Origin: Octopus sinensis
Lineage: Eukaryota
NCBI RefSeq assembly: GCF_006345805.1
Contig: NC_043006.1
Span: 1,426,001 to 1,490,000, forward strand
Length of the DNA stretch: 64,000 nucleotides
Direction: 5' to 3'
Shown: one piece after another, positions 61,100 to 64,000 of the stretch
Numbering within the stretch: the first letter of the stretch is position 1
Layout: the number at the start of each line of letters is the position of its first letter
Notes under the pieces: model-generated
What the model was told of the DNA's origin: nothing
Seen by the model: only the letters and a program-made list of their open reading frames with translations
Database searches by the model: none
Position numbers and translations under genes: made by a program

Positions 61100-61470
61100 A
61101 CGCGCGCTCGCGCACCGACCATTTGTATTTCGCGCGTGTTGGTGCCTTCACCAAGGCACAGAAAGGAAGGGCCCTCTCGCGCATGCACGAAGCACCGGAA
61201 GAAGAACCCCTTTGCGTACGTAGCAGTTAGCCGAGGCAAGGGGGTCGTAAGACGGTGACCACCAGCGTCCAGCAGCAGCGGGGACTTGGGACCCAGCGAT
61301 TGACGGCGACGGTCACGCATATATTCTCTCCGTCTGAACTAGCTCCTAGCAGTCCTTACCGAAATACCTTTAACCACATTTCAACTTCCCTGTTCGACGC
61401 CATTTTGACCCCTTTCTGTTTTTGGGCTGGACATTGTAAATATTACAATCTATTAACTTATAGCGGTGCG
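61100..61470. promoter_or_regulatory. CpG-rich promoter-like island
   Basis: NRF1-like CGCGCATGCA at 61178-61187, ETS-like CCGGAAG at 61195-61201, YY1-like AAAATGGCG on the minus strand at about 61398-61406; locally high CpG in an AT-rich background. Confidence 0.6.
61360..61403 (-). CDS. Candidate first coding exon MASNREVEMWLKVF(R), unidentified
   Basis: AAAATGGCG start, 44-nt open frame, strong donor TCG|GTAAGG. Confidence 0.45.
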
Positions 61471-61957
61471 CGCCAGAATCAAGGACATCAGATAACACAC
61501 TTATTGTTATTGTTTACCAAGAAAGAGAATAAAGTAGTTATATATATTTCACGTCTGCGTCTTGTTGTTTCTGACTAGTAGAGATTCTGGATTGTTAAAG
61601 CAACGGCTAGTGAGTGATTGCTTTGTGCACCCCAAAAGTGCACGAGGATATTCACACACCCCACATTAAGTTCGTTACACACCCATTAACTTGTGTAGGT
61701 TGAATTATGGAAAAAGTAAGAGAAAGAAACCTCGCCGTTTCTTGCAAAACATACCAATGCATACATCTAAAGCGAAAATTTCCCAGGAGCCCTTAAAGAA
61801 AGGATCCCCAGTTTACTATTTTGTTACGTAGAACCCCCAAAATTTTATATGGACCCCGACTGAGAATCACTGAGAGAAAAGATTTGATCTCGAGGATTTT
61901 TTTTTCTTTTTTACCCTGCTTCGTTTTCTTCACTCTATCCGAAATTATTTAGCCATA

Positions 61958-62222
61958 GGCACAGACGTGGCTGCATAGTTAAGAAGTTTGCTTCCAAACT
62001 ATGATCTTGGGTTCAGTCCCTCTGCGCGGCAGAGACAAGAATCTTCTACTATAGTACTTGGTCAGCTAAAACTTTTTGAGTGGATATGGTTGACGGAAAC
62101 TGAAAGTAGCCCATCATGTGTGTGTGCGCACGCACCCGTTACATTGGTGTTGGTTTGCTTGCGTTCCCAATAACTTAGCAGTTTGGCAAAAGTCATCAAT
62201 AGAATAAGTACAAGGTTTAAAA
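61958..62222 (+). mobile_element. Family A SINE, degenerate
   Basis: ggcacagacgtggctgcatagttaag...gaataagtacaagg. Confidence 0.85.
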
Positions 62223-62272
62223 ATTAAATACAAGAATCATTTTTTTCCCTTCACTATTTAGAATTTGTATAC

Positions 62273-62681
62273 TCTTACTCTTTTACTCTTTTACTTGTTT
62301 CAGTCATTTGACTGCGGCCATGCTGGAGCACCGCCTTTAGTCGAGCAAATCGACCCCAGGACTTATTCTTTGTAAGCCCAGTATTTATTCTATCGGTCTC
62401 TTTTGCCGAACCGCTAGATGACAGGGACATAAACACACCAGCATCGGTTGTCAAGCAATGCTAGAGGGACACACACAGACACACAAACACACACACACAT
62501 ATATATATAGATATATACGACAGGCTTCTTTCAGTTTCCGTCTACCAAATCCACTCACAAGGCATTGGTTGGCCCGAGGCTATAGCAGAAGACACTTACA
62601 CAAGGTGCCACGCAGTGGGACTGAACCCGGAACCATGTGGCTGGTTAGCAAGCTACTTACCACACAGCCACTCCTGCGCCT
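62273..62681 (-). mobile_element. Family A SINE, full length and close to consensus
   Basis: (TACTCTT)n tail, both halves, ends ccactcctgcgcct. Confidence 0.95.
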
Positions 62682-62689
62682 ATAGCCAT

Positions 62690-63500
62690 CTATGTACCAC
62701 ACTTAATGTATATACATCATTGACAGGCAAGTTACTGCAGGTTTCGTCCAGGGATAACATCTACTGGAGATGTTATAGTGTTTTCAAACACTATAACAGG
62801 GAGATAGAAATCATCCCAGCAGCAGCAGCTGACGAGAATGCCAGATGCATTTCGGCCCCCTATTGGCCCCATCAGTGACATATACTTAAAGCAAGATTTG
62901 TCACCTCAGATATAGGAAATAGTGAATATAACATTCAATGATATTGCAAAAGCTGCTGAGCTGAATAAAAATCTGATTTTTGTCATTGAAATAGTATTAA
63001 ATTACAATAGCCATCTACGTTTCATCTCTAATGTATATGCGTTGTTGACAGACAAGTTACTGCAGTATTCATCCAGATATAACATGTCTTATGGATATGC
63101 TCTATTTAAAAACATAGTATATTTTGGAAGGAGATAAAAACCATCCTAGCAGCAAGTAAAGTGAATGCCAGGGGTATTTTAGCCAGATAAGGCGGTGAGC
63201 TGGCAGAAACGTTAGCACGCCAGGCGAAATGCTTAGTGGTATTTCGTCTGCGTTACGTTGTGAGTTCGAATTCCGCCGAGGTCGACTTTGCCTTTCATCC
63301 TTTCGGGGTCGATAAATTAAGTACGAGTTACGCACTGGGGTCGATGTAATCGACTTAATACCTATGTCTCTCCTTGTTTGTCCCCTCTGTGTTTAGCCCC
63401 TTGTGGGTAATAAAGAAATAGGTATTTTAGCCCAGTTGGGCCTTATTAATGGCATGTACTCAAAGCTATACATACACCTAGATGAGATTTCTTGGCTAGA
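62690..63500 (+). pseudogene. Decayed coding sequence with two diverged tandem units of about 110 aa, interrupted by a family B SINE
   Basis: SHLCTTLNVYTSLTGKLLQVSSRDN..EIEIIPAAAADENARCI versus SHLRFISNVYALLTDKLLQYSSRYN..EIKTILAASKVNARGI. Confidence 0.45.
63185..63420 (+). mobile_element. Family B monomer with 12-bp TSD
   Basis: GGTATTTTAGCC at 63173-63184 and 63421-63432. Confidence 0.93.
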
Positions 63501-64000
63501 ATTACAATTCTGAAAGAGATTTTTTCCCCCCAGACTTTTTATGTACAGGATGGGTGAAAAGTCACAAAATATGAAAATACACTTGCTGCAACAGCTGAAG
63601 CTATCAGATTGTGCCCAAAGATTGTAATATGCAGTAAAATTTTATGGCATTTGCCCACCCAGTATTTTTGTTACATCTATGCTTTTTTTCTTACCCTACA
63701 AAATAGTAGCAGCTATTCCAAAACTCTGTCAACTCTTGTAGAAGATTAGAAATGATGCCTTTATTAAAATTTCCCCTTTAGCTAAAGACAGACAACAAGA
63801 TCATGAACAGACATTGTTAGTGACTTTCAAAGAAGAGAGGCAACAATTTCATGAACTTAATCTCTAAAAGTAAATTTACATGCTTAGGGAAATATCTGAT
63901 CTTTATTTATAGTCAAGCGGCAACTGTTTCTGGTTAATAGACTGGAACATCTTCATAACAGTCTAATTTCCCTTAACAGTCTATAACAATTGCCACCTAG

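Overview
AT-rich eukaryotic DNA, mostly transposable elements and microsatellites. The SINE repertoire suggests an octopod cephalopod; this is inferred from recalled repeat consensus, with no search run. I found no complete, intact cellular gene, no rRNA, no convincing true tRNA and no CRISPR array. Repeats: (i) three tRNA-headed SINE families, labelled A, B and D here; (ii) LINE fragments (RTE, CR1/L2, L1/Tx1) and an ORF1-only Tx1-like derivative; (iii) a Penelope-like element (RT + GIY-YIG) and three Penelope-type tail families carrying minimal type I hammerhead ribozyme (HHR) motifs, one fused to a tRNA-like Pol III head; (iv) DNA elements (mariner, maT/Tc1, Chapaev3-like, Helitrons, a HINE/pearl-like host with nested insertions, a CryptonV-like element, MITEs). 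Non-repeat sequence in 225-12823 reads on the minus strand as a decayed, collinear RNF213 (mysterin)-like pseudogene. Several isolated candidate exons or promoters lie further right. The strongest leads are the tRNA-headed HHR element (28428-28843), the Crypton-like hairpin whose mismatches all fall in tandem G.A motifs (23558-23701), the GTA-targeting, dimer-forming family B SINE, and a 2.5-kb unit bounded by a perfect 40-bp inverted repeat around an intact ORF (34108-36584). Repeat boundaries are approximate unless a target site duplication (TSD) or terminal inverted repeat (TIR) is given.
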